Below the pieces are notes generated by a model. It did no database searches. It was not told where the DNA came from and saw only the letters and a program-made list of their open reading frames with translations. A DNA stretch of 61,723 nt from Guillardia theta CCMP2712 (Eukaryota > Protista > Cryptophyta). Below, piece by piece: positions 30,020 to 44,119 of the stretch. Both the position numbers and the translations under genes were made by a program. The stretch covers positions 1 to 61,723 of the forward strand of contig NW_005434579.1 in NCBI RefSeq assembly GCF_000315625.1. The letters run 5' to 3'. How positions within the stretch are numbered: position 1 is the first letter of the stretch; each line of letters starts with the position of its first letter.

Positions 30020-33000
30020 CTACTTGCCTAATGATTCATAACTTGTTGGTGCCTCGTCATCGCAGACGAGGCGCAAGAGATTCTCGTCAGGGAAGGAACA
30101 GGGGCCAGCAGGCTTGGAGAAGTGGAGATGGTCGAAAGGCGGGGAGAGCAACATGCGAGCCGGTAGAGGATGAAGGGAAGGGCTGACGGACAAGCATACG
30201 AGAGGCAAGAAGGGAAAGGAGGACAGAGAGAGTCGGGAGGGAGAAGGAGATGCAGCATCGGTCATTACGATCCTTATGTGTATATTCGATATCTCTGTAC
30301 GTCAAGTCAGGTTGAGGCCTCAAAGGAGGATGAAGGTCCGTAGACTTCACGAGCCTCCCAGCGCCTTTCGCTTCTGCTTCTCCAGCTCCTGCACCAACAT
30401 CAATCCTCCTCCTCCTCCTCCTCCTCCTCCTCTTCCTCCATCCCTCCTCCTCCTCACATTTACCCATTCTTTCCATGCTCTCATTTCTACTTCCCTTGGA
30501 CCCTATCTACTCCCTCCATCTCCTCCCTCCTTCCTCTTCCCTCCTCCACGTACCGCGTCCAGCCACATGATGTTCTGGTGCTGCTCCTCCAGGCGGCGCT
30601 CGAGGTCGCGGGTCTTCTTCTCCCGCACTTCCAACTCGCTCCTCATCGACTGCATTTCTGCTGCCGCTTGCGCCTGCAGCTGCTCTCGCTCCAGCAGAGA
30701 CGCCTGGAGGTTCCTCTCGGTAGAGCTGCCGCCAAGTCACTTGATGAACGTGATGGCATAGAGGAGGGTTGGTTGTGATGGTGAAGGAGTGAAGGAGGAG
30801 GAGGAGGAGAGGGAGAAGGTGGAGGGGAGCAAGGGGATAGTGAAACCTGAGTCGCTCCTGGAGAAGTTTGACGTCCTTGATGTAAGAAGCTTCGGCGCTT
30901 CCCCACTCTTGGGAGGAATTCTTGATCTCGATCCTGACCAGAACTCAAAAATTTCCCTCTTGACAACTTTGACACAAGCACCACCAGCTCCACACCCCAT
31001 CTTTCTTCTCTCAATCTTTCTCCTCTCAATCATCATCGTGATTATCGACAACGACATGGTAACCAGCATCATCATCACCAGTATCATCATCACAAGCATC
31101 CGTCAAGAGCAAAAACAAGAACAATATGATCATCAAAGTCATCATCTTACTGCATCTTGCGCAGGCGAGACTCCAGATCTTCTTTCTCGGCCACCAGCTG
31201 ACCCTCGCGCTCCCTGTCATCAGCTCAGCCATCGGGAGGCGCAAACTTCCAACAGACTCCACCTGCTGGCCAGCACAATGTTCTCCATCTCCTGCTCCAA
31301 CCTCGTAATGTTCCCTGAGGAAGCCAGTGAGGTGGCGACCAGCTGGAGAGCAGCTGGACTCACTCTGAAGGTTTCCGTTCTGCATCCTCATCTCGTTGAG
31401 CTGAGTCTCCGCAGCGTTGAGCTCGTCGGTGATCTGAGCAAGAAGTGAGAAGAAGAAAAGGAGGAGCGAGGTGAAGGAGGAGAACATCGTAGTAACGTCA
31501 AACAAGGATGATGGGGGACCTGGCGGAGCTTGCTTCTCTCGTCCTCGATCATCTGCTTCAGGTTCGCCACACTCTGATCCGCGTGCTGAAGAGTTCCATC
31601 CTGCAAGGAGAAGATCACGAGAAGGAGGGAGTGAGGAGGGAGAGATGCTGAGGAAGGGAGATTAAGAGGAGGAGAAAACGGGAGGAGCAGGAGGAGGAGG
31701 AGGAGGAGGAGGAGGAGGAGGAGGAGTTAGAGATTTCTGAGCTTGCTCACCTGGTTCTTGAGGCGATTCTTGAGGTCGGCAATGAGCTGATCCTTCTCGC
31801 CCACCAGCAGGTCCATCTTGCTCTGCATCCCCCAGCTCAGCCTCCAGCTGTACAGAGCGAGTCACGACTGACCTGCAGCCTGCTGATCTCATCCTCCGAC
31901 GAGAGCTTGAGATCGCGCAGCTCCTGCACCTTCGCCTCCAGGCCAGTCTGTGAAGGATAAGGTGAATCCGCCTGCTAGTGCTCCCTCCTGCCTTCCTCTC
32001 CCGTTTCTCTTCCTTGCCCATCGTCCTCGTTCCTCAGAATCTCCTCAATCCCTCTCTCGTCTTTTCACCGCTGCGCTTCTTTCGCTACCGTTGCTAGCAC
32101 CCACCCCAAACTCCCTCCCTTCTCCATGCTTCCTGCCCTTCACCCCCCACCCCCTCCATCTCCTTCCCCTCTCCGGGTCACCTGAAATTCCTTGAGCTTG
32201 TCGTCGATTGCCAACATCTCGCTCATCTTCACTTCCATGAAGCAAGCGTCCTTCCACATTGCGAAGGCTGAGGACTGCAGGCACCACCGGGCACGTCAGG
32301 CAGGAACAGGGAGGAGGAGGAGGAGGACACACCATCCCGCCCTTGGTCCAGCGGACGGCGATCTTCTCCATGAGCCTGCGAGAGGGTGAGGGAGGAGGAG
32401 GAGGGTCAGCGAGCTTTCACTTTCTCTTGCGCTTCTCGTCCACCAACTCCTCGTGCCAGGTGCTGCAAAACAATCAGACAAGATAAAGAGAAGGCGACGA
32501 TGAGCGAGGGGGGGGACCAGGGAACGAGGAGGGAGGAGGGAGGAGGGAGGAGGAGGAGGAGGAGGAGGAGCTAAAATTGGGAGGGGAACGTTGGGAAGGT
32601 GGACTTCTTACTTGAAGCACATGGTAACACCCATGAGCATCCAGCGCTTCATGATCGCTCCGCCCACGCGCTGAGAGACTCTTAGTGTTGGTAGACGAAG
32701 CGAACAAGAATGAACCTGCATGCGCCCTTCTTCGGTCACGATGTACGTCCATCGCTGTAGAAACAGGTCAACCCGTTTCTCGTCCTTCTCCTCCCACCTC
32801 TCCCCCCACAAACTCTCGCTCTCCCTCGTCTCAAGCATAATGTTTCCCTCAGCCTCTTTCTTCTCTTGCGTCTCTTCCTCTCTCCTCCTCTACCGCGAAG
32901 GCCTTGATGAGGGAGGTGTTGAGGATGCGGGTGCGAATCTACGGGCAGTTCGGTTACTGGGCGGCACTGGGCTGGACGGCACAAACAGCACCTTCTTGAA

Positions 33001-36000
33001 GATGGCGCCGAACTTCTTGGCCTCCTGCAGCACAACTTCAGCTCGGAAGAGGTCGAGGAGGAGGCGCAAACCCAGATGTTCGAGGCCCAGGTGGAGAAGG
33101 CGATGTTGACGGACTGAGGCGGGAGGGGTAAGAGGAGTTAAGCAAGAGACCCCTCAGCCACACCTGGTTCTGCCACTTGTACACGATCTTGGAGGCGATG
33201 ACCCGCATCTGAGCAGACTTTGACTTGACCATCGACACCAACATGACCTGACCTTCTGAATCTCCTCGATCGTCTCCTTCCAGCGGTTAAGCGCCATCAG
33301 CACCGACCGGTTGCAGATCCTAGTCAAACTTGTCATGCTGCGGTTGTCGCCAGGAGGAGCTGCACCTCCGGAAGACGACCCTGAACTTACGGTTCTTGGC
33401 CACGTCAGCTCGCCACATTTGGAAGAGCTGCGTGGAGAATCAGCGAGGAAGCAGCGAGACTGAAGCCACTCACCACTCGCTTGTCTGTGTTGGCCCAAGT
33501 CTTGAGGACAAAGCGAATGATCTGCTGATTCTTGCCGGAAATGGTGATCTCCGACTGTACGATGATGATGATGTGGAAAAGGAGGAAAGAGGGGAAGAAG
33601 AGAAGAGAAGAAGTAAATTTCCCTTTCAAGCTCAAAAGCGCATGAGCTCACCGAGTCAAGAGCACTCACGAGTGCGTCTCTAGCCTCAGATGCTTTGGGC
33701 ATCATCGCCCCGAGCTTGATCCTTCCGCATGTGGGCTTGGTGAACAACTTGCTGTCGCTGTTCTTGATCTGCGGGCCAGTTACGAGGAAGAAAGAGAGGA
33801 GGAGGTGCAAAAATGGAGACGGTAAAGAGAACGAGAACGCGAGACAAGGGGAATGCTATTAGAGGAAGAGAGCAGAGGGAAAAGGGGAGGGGGAAGGGGG
33901 AGGGGAGGAAGAGGGGAACGAGGGAGGGGAGGGAGAGAAGGAGAAATTGATCACACCATCTTCTCCAGCTGCATCGCCAGGTCCTTTGCATGCACTCCAG
34001 TAGGATCGTCCTCGGCAGGAACAACTTCGATGTGAAGCCTGATGCCCTTGCCTTCCTTGGGCCTTTGAGCGAGCAGAACCTGTCAAGTCCGTCACTTTCC
34101 CTCCTCCCCCGCCAGCAGCAACGAGCACCTTAAGCCTGTCCGTGCTGCATCCGACGGCCGACGCGAGGTCAGCGGTGAAGTTTGTTTTGAAGCGAATCAT
34201 TTCCTGATACACGTCAGAAGAGGGGTTGTCACAACATGCTGACCTCGTGGTCCAGCATCAGATCGGTGTAGTTGAATTGCTGCAGAGCCATGTTAGTGTG
34301 AGATAGAGAGAAACCACAACAACACAAGGAGAAGACTTCTATGCAGCACGTGGAAGGAGAGTAGGAGAACAAGAAGAAGGGCAGGGGTCAGCGACAGCAG
34401 CAGGCATACATGAGGATGAGAGCAACAAGGGGACGTGAGATGATCCAACCTGAGTCTCAACGATAACGATCTTGTGCTCAGACATGAGAAGCTCTGAGGC
34501 GATGTCGTGCAGGTCGTTAGCGAACTTGCGAGACTCGGACAGCTGGAGGCAAGGAGCTCAACGATCGTCGTTGACAAGCTCGTCAGTTGTTACCTGCTTG
34601 TCAATCTCCTGGATGATCGCGGTCTTCTCAGCGATGGTCGTGTCCTTCTGAGCGTTGTCCTCTTCCAGTTTCTGTCATGGCCGTAAGACGGCGGCGAAGG
34701 ATAACTTCAGTTTGACACCTTCTTCCTCTGCTCGAGCTCGGCGATGTTGTCCTCAAGGTCCTTCTTGACCTTCTCGATCCAGCGATGCTTGACCTTGCTC
34801 TGGGTTGCCGACCTTGAGTCTCCTTGAAGGAAAACGTCTCCAGCTTACCTCCTCGATCAACATCTCGTTGTCTTTCTGAGCCTCTTCCAGCTTCTTCTTC
34901 ATGCTGTCGAAGCTAGACGACGAGTTTCTCTTCTCGCCTTGAAGCTTGGTCATCAATCCGTCGATCTCAAGCTGCTTGTCTTCTTGAATCTTCGAGATCT
35001 GACCGAAAAGTTGTCAGGCTCTGGCGAGCTCTTTGCAGCAGGTCAAACGTCGAAGTTAAGCTTGTCAGCTCGCATCGTCTCTTGCTTCAACTGCTTCTCC
35101 AGCTTTGAAATCTGCGCCAGACATCAGAACTCTCAAAGATAAACCAGCAGGCTCTCACCTGCCCCTTGAGCTCCTCGATCTCGGCCTTGAGCTTTGAGGT
35201 CTCAGTGAACGACTGCTTCTCAAACGACGCCGTCTTGGCCTCGTTGTCGCGTCGGAGCTTCACGATCACGCTCTGCAGCTCAGCCTCGCTCTCCTGCGCA
35301 GGATCAGCCGACAGCGGTTGACGTTCTTCCGGTCGACCTGAGCTCTTGCAAGGTCGCTCGCCATCTTCTTAACTTCGATGCGCTTATCATGCTCGATCTA
35401 TCCCAGCAGTCAGCACGCTCCTCGACCTCGGAGGCTCGCACCTTGTCCAACGTCTTGTTCGCCTCTCTCCTCCCTTCCTCGGCTTCAAGGATCTGATCGA
35501 GGCGTCAAAGTCCACAGCCTCATCAGGTCACGTCACCTCGGCCTTGAGCCTCTGCTGCTCGGCAAGGAGATCTTCGTTGGTTCCGATGAGAACCTGATCG
35601 TCTTCAACTTTGCGCACGGCACCAGTCAAGAAGTCACCTCATTGCGGTTGGCGAGCTGCTCTGCCTTCAGCTTCCAGAACTCGAGCTCCTTACTGGTGTC
35701 GGTGAAGGGAGAAGTTGGGGTCATGAGGACTTGCTCCTCGACCTTGGGCTTGCCCGTGGGCCTGCAAAACTCATCAGTGAAGGCTTTTCTTCAAGAACGT
35801 TAATTTCTCACGTTCCTACCCCCAGCTTGACTGCTGTTGGGGACTGCGCGGGTTGTCCCAACGCTGACGACAGGGACTGAAGGCAGGGGAGTGAGGAAAG
35901 ACTTCAAAGTCAGCGGACGCACCTTCATGTACGTCACGACGATAGGAGGGCTGGACCTCGTGAGCTTCTCGGCGATTCTGACGAAGGGAACCAGTCAAGC

Positions 36001-36084
36001 TAGCGAACAAGTGGCATGCCACAAACGGTACCTCACGCCACCGCCAGATGTGATCTTCTGCTTCGACGCTGCTGTCTTGGCCAT
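30020..36084 (-). CDS. Large multi-exon coiled-coil protein with Sfi1-like repeats
   Basis: Start MAKTAASKQK; many short coiled-coil exons; LNRWKE, VYKWQNQ, FLQRWT, MKRWM and AVRWTK Trp repeats at 32200-33500. Confidence 0.6.
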
Positions 36085-36189
36085 GTTTTCAAGGATCGCT
36101 GAAAGAAAAAAGTCAAGAGGAATTTCGCGACTTCAACATTAGCACTCACAGGCAGAGAGAGCAACAATTGGAAATTCGGCTGCCTTGGC

Positions 36190-38390
36190 CTGCAGTAAAT
36201 AGTTGAGGAGATACAGCGTCACTCGGAAATGAGAACCTTTGTAAACTGTGCATCAAATTGGCCTTGTCTCCAGTCGTCCAGGACCTTGAGGAGGATTTCG
36301 ACTACGCCAGCATCCATCATGGGAATATGTTTGTCGCTGTTCTTCGCAAGGACAGAGAGCGGAAACAGGACGTCGTACACCCTCCAACTGATTCCTCCAT
36401 ATCGCTGCCCTTTGATCTGAACGTCTCGTCAGTCAAGTTAAAGGCAACAAGCACGAAATTTGACCGCAAAGTTCAAATATCTGGTGATCATGGAGATGGA
36501 GGCTGAAGAAAGAGTCATGAATAATGATGGCGAGCAGTAGAGATGACCGGGTGAGATAGATATGTCAGAAGATGATCGGGATGCTCCAACAAGGTTGGTC
36601 AAGGCCTGGACAGGGAAATGAGACATCGACAACAAGATCTCGCAACTGCTGACCATTGTAGCCAAAGCAATCTGCGCCTCATATTCTTCTCCCGAGCCTC
36701 TTGTGTTTATGATCTGTGATACAGACTGATCAGGAGAATGTCATGTAAGGGAGTCAAAACTTACATTGGCCAAAGCAGATGGAATTTGAGCCCTGATCAT
36801 CAATTGCTGTGCAACGGTGCTCCTTGAGATGTGATAGCAGACGCTAGTAGCACGGGTCTTCTCTTCGGGAGATCCAGTCAAGGCCATAGCACGCAGCAGG
36901 TCTAGCGTTAAAATAAGTTTTCAAAGTCTTTAGAAAAGAGATGAAAAGAATCCACCGAGCATTCCAGGCTCCGATGCAATCTTGCCCGATGCTTCTTCGC
37001 CACCAATGCCAGCGCAATTGTTGACAGCCAACGCTGCAATGTCCCTAGCAGTTCCTGGTTAAGATCTTGGTCAGAAAACCAAGGTATCTGCGTTGAAACA
37101 AAGACATTGCAAATCTTGCAAGCCACGAAAGCAAAGCATATCAAGGCACAGCTTCCTTACTTGCTGAAGCTCTCTCTGCGCCGATCTTCATCATAGAAAC
37201 CATCCCGTTCAAGATTCCAGGAGTGCTCACGATAGAAATCGCGGTGTCTGGATCAGCAAAGACAACCTGGAAACACTCATGAGTTGGTGTGCATTTGAAA
37301 TCGAGAGATCAAACCTGAGACAAAGCATGAACTGCATTCGCCTGCTCCTGTCGGACAGTCTGATCATTCGCCCTGGACCTAATGATTTCTGCCATCAAAG
37401 GCAGGAAGGTCCTGATCCCCACTAGGGCTCTCTGGTTCTCTGGATTTCCGTATGCAATCCAGAACCTGTACATCAAGGGCGGTCAACGAGCCCGCAGGAG
37501 GGTTCACGTCGACAGCGTACAGGATCGAGGTGACATTGCAGAGTACTTGAGTGTGAGGAGAGCGAAGAGCGTTCAAGACACTCTCGATGACATTTGCAGG
37601 AATCTTCTCAGAGCACTGATGACAAGTGAATGATCAGCCTACACATGCGAAGAGAACTTCAGCACCTGAGTGGATTCTGCGATGGCCAAAAGATTCTTGC
37701 TTGCTTGTACTGCGACATTGATGTCGGTGGAAAGAATGTCTCGGAGGAATTCAGGATAGGAAGCGATCCCTCGCTACAAAAGCCGATCAGTTCCTTCAGG
37801 TGTACAGGCCAAACTCACCCTCTGAGCCTGCATTCTTCACTCGTACGCCTGTCTGCAAGACCGGTTTACAGCTGCAAGCAAGTAGAAGTCAACAAACAAA
37901 AAAATTGAGTCAAAACATGAAGTGAAACATCATGAATCAGCAGCTGTCAGTAACTCATCATCATTTCCTCTAGTACATGACAATCTTCCTTTCAGTATGC
38001 ATATTGGATGCAACACACCCATTGTTCGAATGCTTTGTCTTCAAAGGTTGTCAAGGATCATGTATTTCCAGGTGTCCAACCTCAACCCTGAAGCTAATTC
38101 ATGAAAAACTTTGCGGAAGTCATTCTGCTTGGTAATTTCTTAACCTGACTCTCATTCAATCCCATTTCTCGATCACCTCGTTATCTCTCTCCTGATATCC
38201 CATTTCGTGAAAGAACTTCGTTTCGAGGCAGCGTCATCCTATCATCGTCTAATCTCACCATACCCTGCTCTGCGCTGACTAGACGAGCTTTTGTTTTTCC
38301 TTCGCATAATTTCCGCTGTCCTCGCTTCGCCTCCCTACAGTCCATCTTCCGCTCGCTACTTCCCATTCTCGTCCTGCTGTCTTCCGACAT
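36190..38390 (-). CDS. Putative ARM/HEAT-repeat-like protein, multi-exon
   Basis: Helical repeat-like exons (…PGILNGMVSMM, ARDIAALAVNNCA, MMDAGVVEILLKVL); boundaries uncertain. Confidence 0.45.
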
Positions 38391-40797
38391 TGCCGCGTCC
38401 GCTGTCCCTCGGCTGAGGGTGTTAAAAGTTAGTTATAAAAACTACCCCACTTCAGGTGGAACCACAAATCCTTCAGTTTCCCACCACCCACCCCCCGATT
38501 AATTTCATCTAGGACCGGCATACAAAAAGTCTATGTGCAAGGGGTACGACCTGGTCATAGACACAAATTACTTTCCTAGGACCAGTCCCATCCATTTCAA
38601 TCCCCTCAGTACTCCCACCCCCTACACGTCTTAAAAATTAAAGCACCCCACGACTAACGTTCGAGTATAGTACCCCACCCCCACATCGATCGGAGTTCAC
38701 ATGGTGTTATGGGACCCCCCACCCCTATCTTTCTGATCGACATGGAGTTGTTAGAGTAACCACCCTACCCTACCCAGTTCAACTTCAATCCCAGGCTGAG
38801 ATAACCCACCATATTGACCATGAGATACACGTTGGCACCGGTGGCAGCACCACCCCTCCTTTGTGACATCTTTTGTACTGGTCTGCTACCCTGACCCCCT
38901 TCAGGAAGGCAAGATCCGGTGGAAAACAAGGGGTACTGCGCGATGAACGTCTCAAATTTGTTCGCCACTTTGTTGGAAGTACCCCACCCCACCCCTAGAG
39001 TTGACTGTTGATCACCATGACCCGTCACCGCTGGTTGCCTGTGAGTGCACCCCACCCCAATCCTACTAGGTTCCATCATGGGGATCCTCTCCTCGGTGTT
39101 CAGCCATGTACGAGTAAACCACTTTTAAGAATTATGCTACTGTCAACTTTTTTAGATGGTACGAATATTATAATATTTTGTGCTGAAAACAATATAAGAC
39201 GTATCAGCTACACAAATTCTCGGTCTCCGAATCTCCGTGATGGGTTCATGGTACCATAGTGGTACAATAATTTAAAATTTAATTTATATTTGAAATAAAT
39301 TTAGACAGATATTCAAATTTAACAATAATTATTCAAATCCTTCCCAGCATGCAGTGAAAATAGGATGAGTCCGAGGGATCACTGAGAACTCATTAGATGG
39401 AGAGTTCCTAAATGTTGCTCACATAAATTGAAATCTTATAAACATTTTTCAAAAAATTTCAAAATCACCGTGACTAGTAACGGCACTTTTCAGTCCCAGG
39501 CCGGTCCGCTGTGCCCGGCCGCGGAGTGCCCGGCCGGGCGGCGGAGCCTTTCCTGCTAGTAGCCGCTCAAGTAGACTGAAACTTTTCAAAAGCCTGGAAA
39601 ATGAAGCAGCCTGGCATGTCGGAGTCAGTGGTCCGACGGGCCCGGGTTGAGCCGATTCTGAGAATTGGACAATGAAGGCCCTGCCGTACAATGAGAGTCG
39701 CCGTGGGCTCGGATGCCCTCCCGGCGCCGGGCGTTGCTTCTCCCGGGCCTCTCGGCCGAGCCCCGGCGTCTCAGTCTCCATCACCCGGTGTCTCTCCATC
39801 ACCCGGCGTTGACTCCCGCGTCAAGCCAACTTGGCCATTCGCACTCTGGAGTCCAGGCTCCGACGGGCCAGCGCAGGAACAAGGCTCGGAAGTCTCCTTG
39901 CCAGTTGCAGCGGCCTAGCCCCGTCAACGGCGGCGTGCAGTGCCGTTGCCAAGTTGATAGACTCTGACAATATCCAAGGGCCTCTCATCAGCTGACATAT
40001 TCGGAGACTCGGCCCGGCCTCGGCCGATGACGAAGATGCAGACCGTCAGGCTCTGAATCTTTTTTGCACGACATCCGAGCCTTCATGCCTTGCCCGGTCC
40101 CTCGCCGAGTTGAAGAAGCAACCTTCCGATTCGAAATTATGAAGGGAATCATCGCGGCGGCGATTCTTCTTCAACGGTTGCATTGACGCCCTAGCCTTGT
40201 TGTCACTTGGCCGCCATCACCGCGATGAATTTGAACCAGGCGAACGCCCAACGAAGGGGCCTCACCAATGATGCTCGCAGGAACTTAGCAAGATGTAGAT
40301 TCAATCTTGAAACCAACCACTGAGCGTTCTTGCTTGTCATCATGCCAATACTCATCGCGATGACAGTGTGATTCTGCCACGGTACATTCCACGATCCTTT
40401 GAGAATCATCATGATGGTCATACATACTGAGTAGCCGCCGCTTTAGAAGTAACTAAATGATTGGTGAGTAAAGAGATTGAAAAAGCAAACTGAAACAATT
40501 ATGAAGAAAGAATAATACAGTACGGTCGGACCCGGGCCGGGACCCGGGCCTCGCAGTGAGGCGGGCCTTCCCGTTTTTTTAAGGGATGGGGAGGTCATGG
40601 AAAGAGGACGGAAGTAGAGAAAGGCGGGGATGAGAGGAGCGAAGAAAGGATAAGGAGCGGGAACAGCGAGATTAAGTTCAAGGAAGAAGGGAGGAGGAGA
40701 AGAGGTGGGGTCGCGCGTACACGGAATTGGATCTTTAGAAGGATGAATGCCGTCATGTGGTTGATTGAGGTCGTTGTTCATCAGGTTCAAGGAGGGA

Positions 40798-42462
40798 ATG
40801 CGAGAAGACGGATCCGTCGCCGTCGGTGAGAAACTTGAGGGAAGACGATGGGAGGAGAGAGGAGGTGGTGGTTGGGGGGGGAGGGGGAGGACGGAAAAAA
40901 GGAGAGGAAGAGGAGTGTGCGAGGAGGAGGACAAGGAGAGGAGGAGGGGAGGATGGTGATGGTAGAGGAAGGCAGGGGCAGGGGCGGGAGTGGAGGCGGG
41001 GGATGGAGCGAGGGTCGCAGAGCAGCTTGAGGTAGGACAGAGAAGGACTGAGGCGTTTTTGTGGTTTCTTTCAGGTCCGATGATGGGCTGGACTGACACA
41101 CACTTCCGTTTCCTCTGCCGGCAAGTAACATGTGCTCACCCTTTTCGGCTTGTCCTGCAGTCCCTCCTTCCACTGCCCTCCTCCTGTTCTCTTTCTTCTC
41201 ACTTGTTGTCTCTGCAGCCTCCTCTCATCGCGCACCCTTCTGTACTCCGAGATGGTCTCCATCCAGGACCTCCTGAGGCAGGAGACTCGTCCCAAGGAGC
41301 TTCGATGCCATCTGGACGAGGCTCCGGTCGTCCTCCAACTCGGCGGGTCATGCCCGCAAGGTTTCGCAGACGCCGTCGGGATGTTGAGGAGCGCAGGAGA
41401 GCTGGACGGCTACTGTGCCATCAACTTGAACTGCGGGTGCCCGAGCCCGAGAGTGAGACTTGCGACCCTGCGACAGCTGTGAGCTCATGCTGTCCAGGTG
41501 GCCACCGAGGGCGTCGGAGGCTTCGGGGCTCGAATGATGCACGACCCTCAGCTGGTGCTCAGGAGCTCCGAGGAGATCTCGAGAGCTGCCAACGGGTTGC
41601 CGGTCAGCGTTAAGTGCAGGCTGGGGACAGACGAAGTAGGAGGATACGAGGCTCTGCGCACGTTCGTGAGGACGGTGAGCCAAGGGAGTGTGAGGCATTT
41701 TGTCGTTCATGCTCGGGACTGTGTGCTGGAGGGGCTGAGCCCTGAGGAGAACAGGAAGGTGCCTCCTCTTCGACCGAGATGGGTCCACCAGTTGCAGAGC
41801 GACTTTCCTCACCTGTCCTTCACGTACAATGGAGGTGTCAGGGACTTGCAAGGAGCTTGCTCGCACCTCTTCCCCTCGTCCGCCTCCTACGGGCGAGATG
41901 GGCAGGCAGACGGTGAGGATGAGTCATGGGAGGACCTGCCCGCCGTGTCTGAGGTCATGATCGGGCGAGCAGCGTACAACCGGCCGTGGATGCTGAGGGA
42001 GGCAGATGAGATGATTTTCGGAGAGACGGGGAGGAGGAGGACGAGGAGGGAGGTGATAGAGACGTACCTGGACCGCTCGGAGCGGCTGGGATACGTCGGG
42101 GGGGGAGAGCAGGAGTACGGGGTGTTGGGAGCGCTTCTGACTCTTTTCGCGGAGGAGAGGGGAGGGAAGGTGGGGAAGGAGGAGCGAGGGTAGAAACGCT
42201 CGTGATCTCTGCCATAGGTGTGGAGGAGGAACTTGCAGGACGGCTGGAAGTTTGGAGTGAACGAGGCGGAGGGGAGGGTGAGGAGGAGGAGCAACGAGAA
42301 CTCAGAACGGGGAAACTTCGTGGGAACAGGGAGAGGTCATACGCCTATACGGGATATCGTCGAGGTGAGAAAGTCCGGGCCCCACTGCTCTCCAGTCCAG
42401 CTGACGTTTTCTCCCAGCTCGCGATGTTGGAAATGGCTGCCGGTCAGCTGGACTGTGACTGA
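40798..42462 (+). CDS. dusA: tRNA-dihydrouridine synthase, DusA type
   Basis: PMMGWTDTHFR, LYSEMV, LQLGGS, INLNCGCPS, PVSVKCRLG, VVHARDCVLEGLSPEENRKVPPL, NGGV, VMIGRAAY. Start uncertain. Confidence 0.92.
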
Positions 42463-43089
42463 TGTGGATTGCGCAAACTACTGCCGTGTTGTCATCGATC
42501 AGTCAAGTCGTTCCCTTTTCTCTTCCCCTCCTGCTCCGAGACACAGCATTTCCCTCTCACCTCTCCCAGCCCCACCTTCCCTTCTTCCTCTCGTCCTTCT
42601 CCGTTCCACTCGTCTCCTTCCTTTCTTCCTCCGGTTCCTTTCTCGCTCCCTCTTGCTGCGCGCCCACCTTCGTTCCCTCTCCCCCCAACGCTCGCTCTAT
42701 CTCTCGTGCTATCCCAACCCACCCCAACTCCCTCCTCTTCCTCTTCCCATCTGCGTTTCTCTCCCTCCACCAGCCATCGCCCGTCATGCCAGGGATTTTC
42801 TCCAGCCGATGTTGTACATTTATAGTTGAATCTTCTTGTACATTTACAGTTAAATCTTCTTCTTCTCGCTGCCCTTCAACTCCCCGACGCTCTTCATCAC
42901 GATCTCTCTCATGGGCCCCTGCTCAGAAAGCATGAGAATCCCTCCTCGAATCCCCCAATCTACCTTCCCTCCTCCTTCCCCCCCCCCTTCTCCTCCTCCT
43001 TCTTCCTTCTTGCCCTCGTTCTTCTCCCCTCCTTCTCTTACTCTTCTTCCGCCCCTCCCCCCAGCCCCTCTTCCTCCTCACACCAGATC

Positions 43090-44119
43090 AAGAGGAGGAG
43101 GAGATTTCAGCTGCTTGTATCGGCCACTTCCCATCACCTGTGGCGCTACAGTCATATCCCTCCAGGGTCTCCTCCTCTCTCAACTTGTGCGATGTTATCG
43201 GGCGTCGCTACGTCGACGAGACCTGTAGCAACTTCAACGGAGACTTGGAAAGAAAAGAAGCAGAACAGGAGATGATAAGGAGACAAGGAGGGCATAAGTG
43301 GAGGGGTGGATGGCGGTTGGGGCTGCGTAGAATGAGAGAGTGCAGGGTGTGTGTTTGGAGGGGGGGGGGGCAGGAGGAGCAGGAGCAGGAGAGAAATACC
43401 TCGAGCAGCCATGGCGTCCGCGAGCTCCATCTGATGGTTGTCCATGAGCGCCTGCGCCGGTCAGAGCCGTTGAATCTCAGGGCACTTGTCAGACCTGATT
43501 GGCAACGACGACAAGTTTCTTCCCCTGTTGCAGCGTCAGCTCCTGTCAAGCCCTCCCAGCACACTCTCACCATCCGTAGGGACTCCATCACAGAGCCGGC
43601 CCCTGCATGCGAGACTATAAGGTCCGCTGCTGCCATGTCCTCCTGCAGCGACGGCTTGTACTGCAGACAGAACAAGGATGAGGGTAAGGAAGAGTGTTCC
43701 TCCTCTCTTGCCTCATACACTGCGACTCGCAACCTTCCTCGCGCCACGGGCGTTGCTCTGCTTTTCCTGCAGGAGATGGTCAGGAGCGTCAGAATCCTGC
43801 CAGTTGCCATCAACCCCTTCTGAATGACAATCTCTTCGAACCCCTGTGAAAACAGCTTCTCTTGGAGGTCCTGGTGGGTGAGAACTCAATCAAGACTGAT
43901 GAGTAAGGAAACGACGGAGGAGAGGAGACAAGGAGAAGGGGAGAGGACGGAGGAAGACACGGAGGAGGGAAGGGCCAGCAGCTCCCAGGAGGAGGAGGAG
44001 GAGGAGGAGGAGGAGGAGGAGGAGGAGGAGGAGGAGGAGGAGGAGAGATTCTCCTAACCTCGCTGTCAAACGCCTCTACAAGCTCGTCAAATTTCGTTGT
44101 TCCTACGGTAACGAAGCAC
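43090..44119 (-). CDS. ALG13: UDP-GlcNAc transferase subunit ALG13 (GT28 C-terminal); first exon(s) not resolved
   Basis: FVTVGTTKFDELV, YKPSLQEDMAAADLIVSHAGAGSVMESL, MDNHQMELADAM. Confidence 0.9.
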
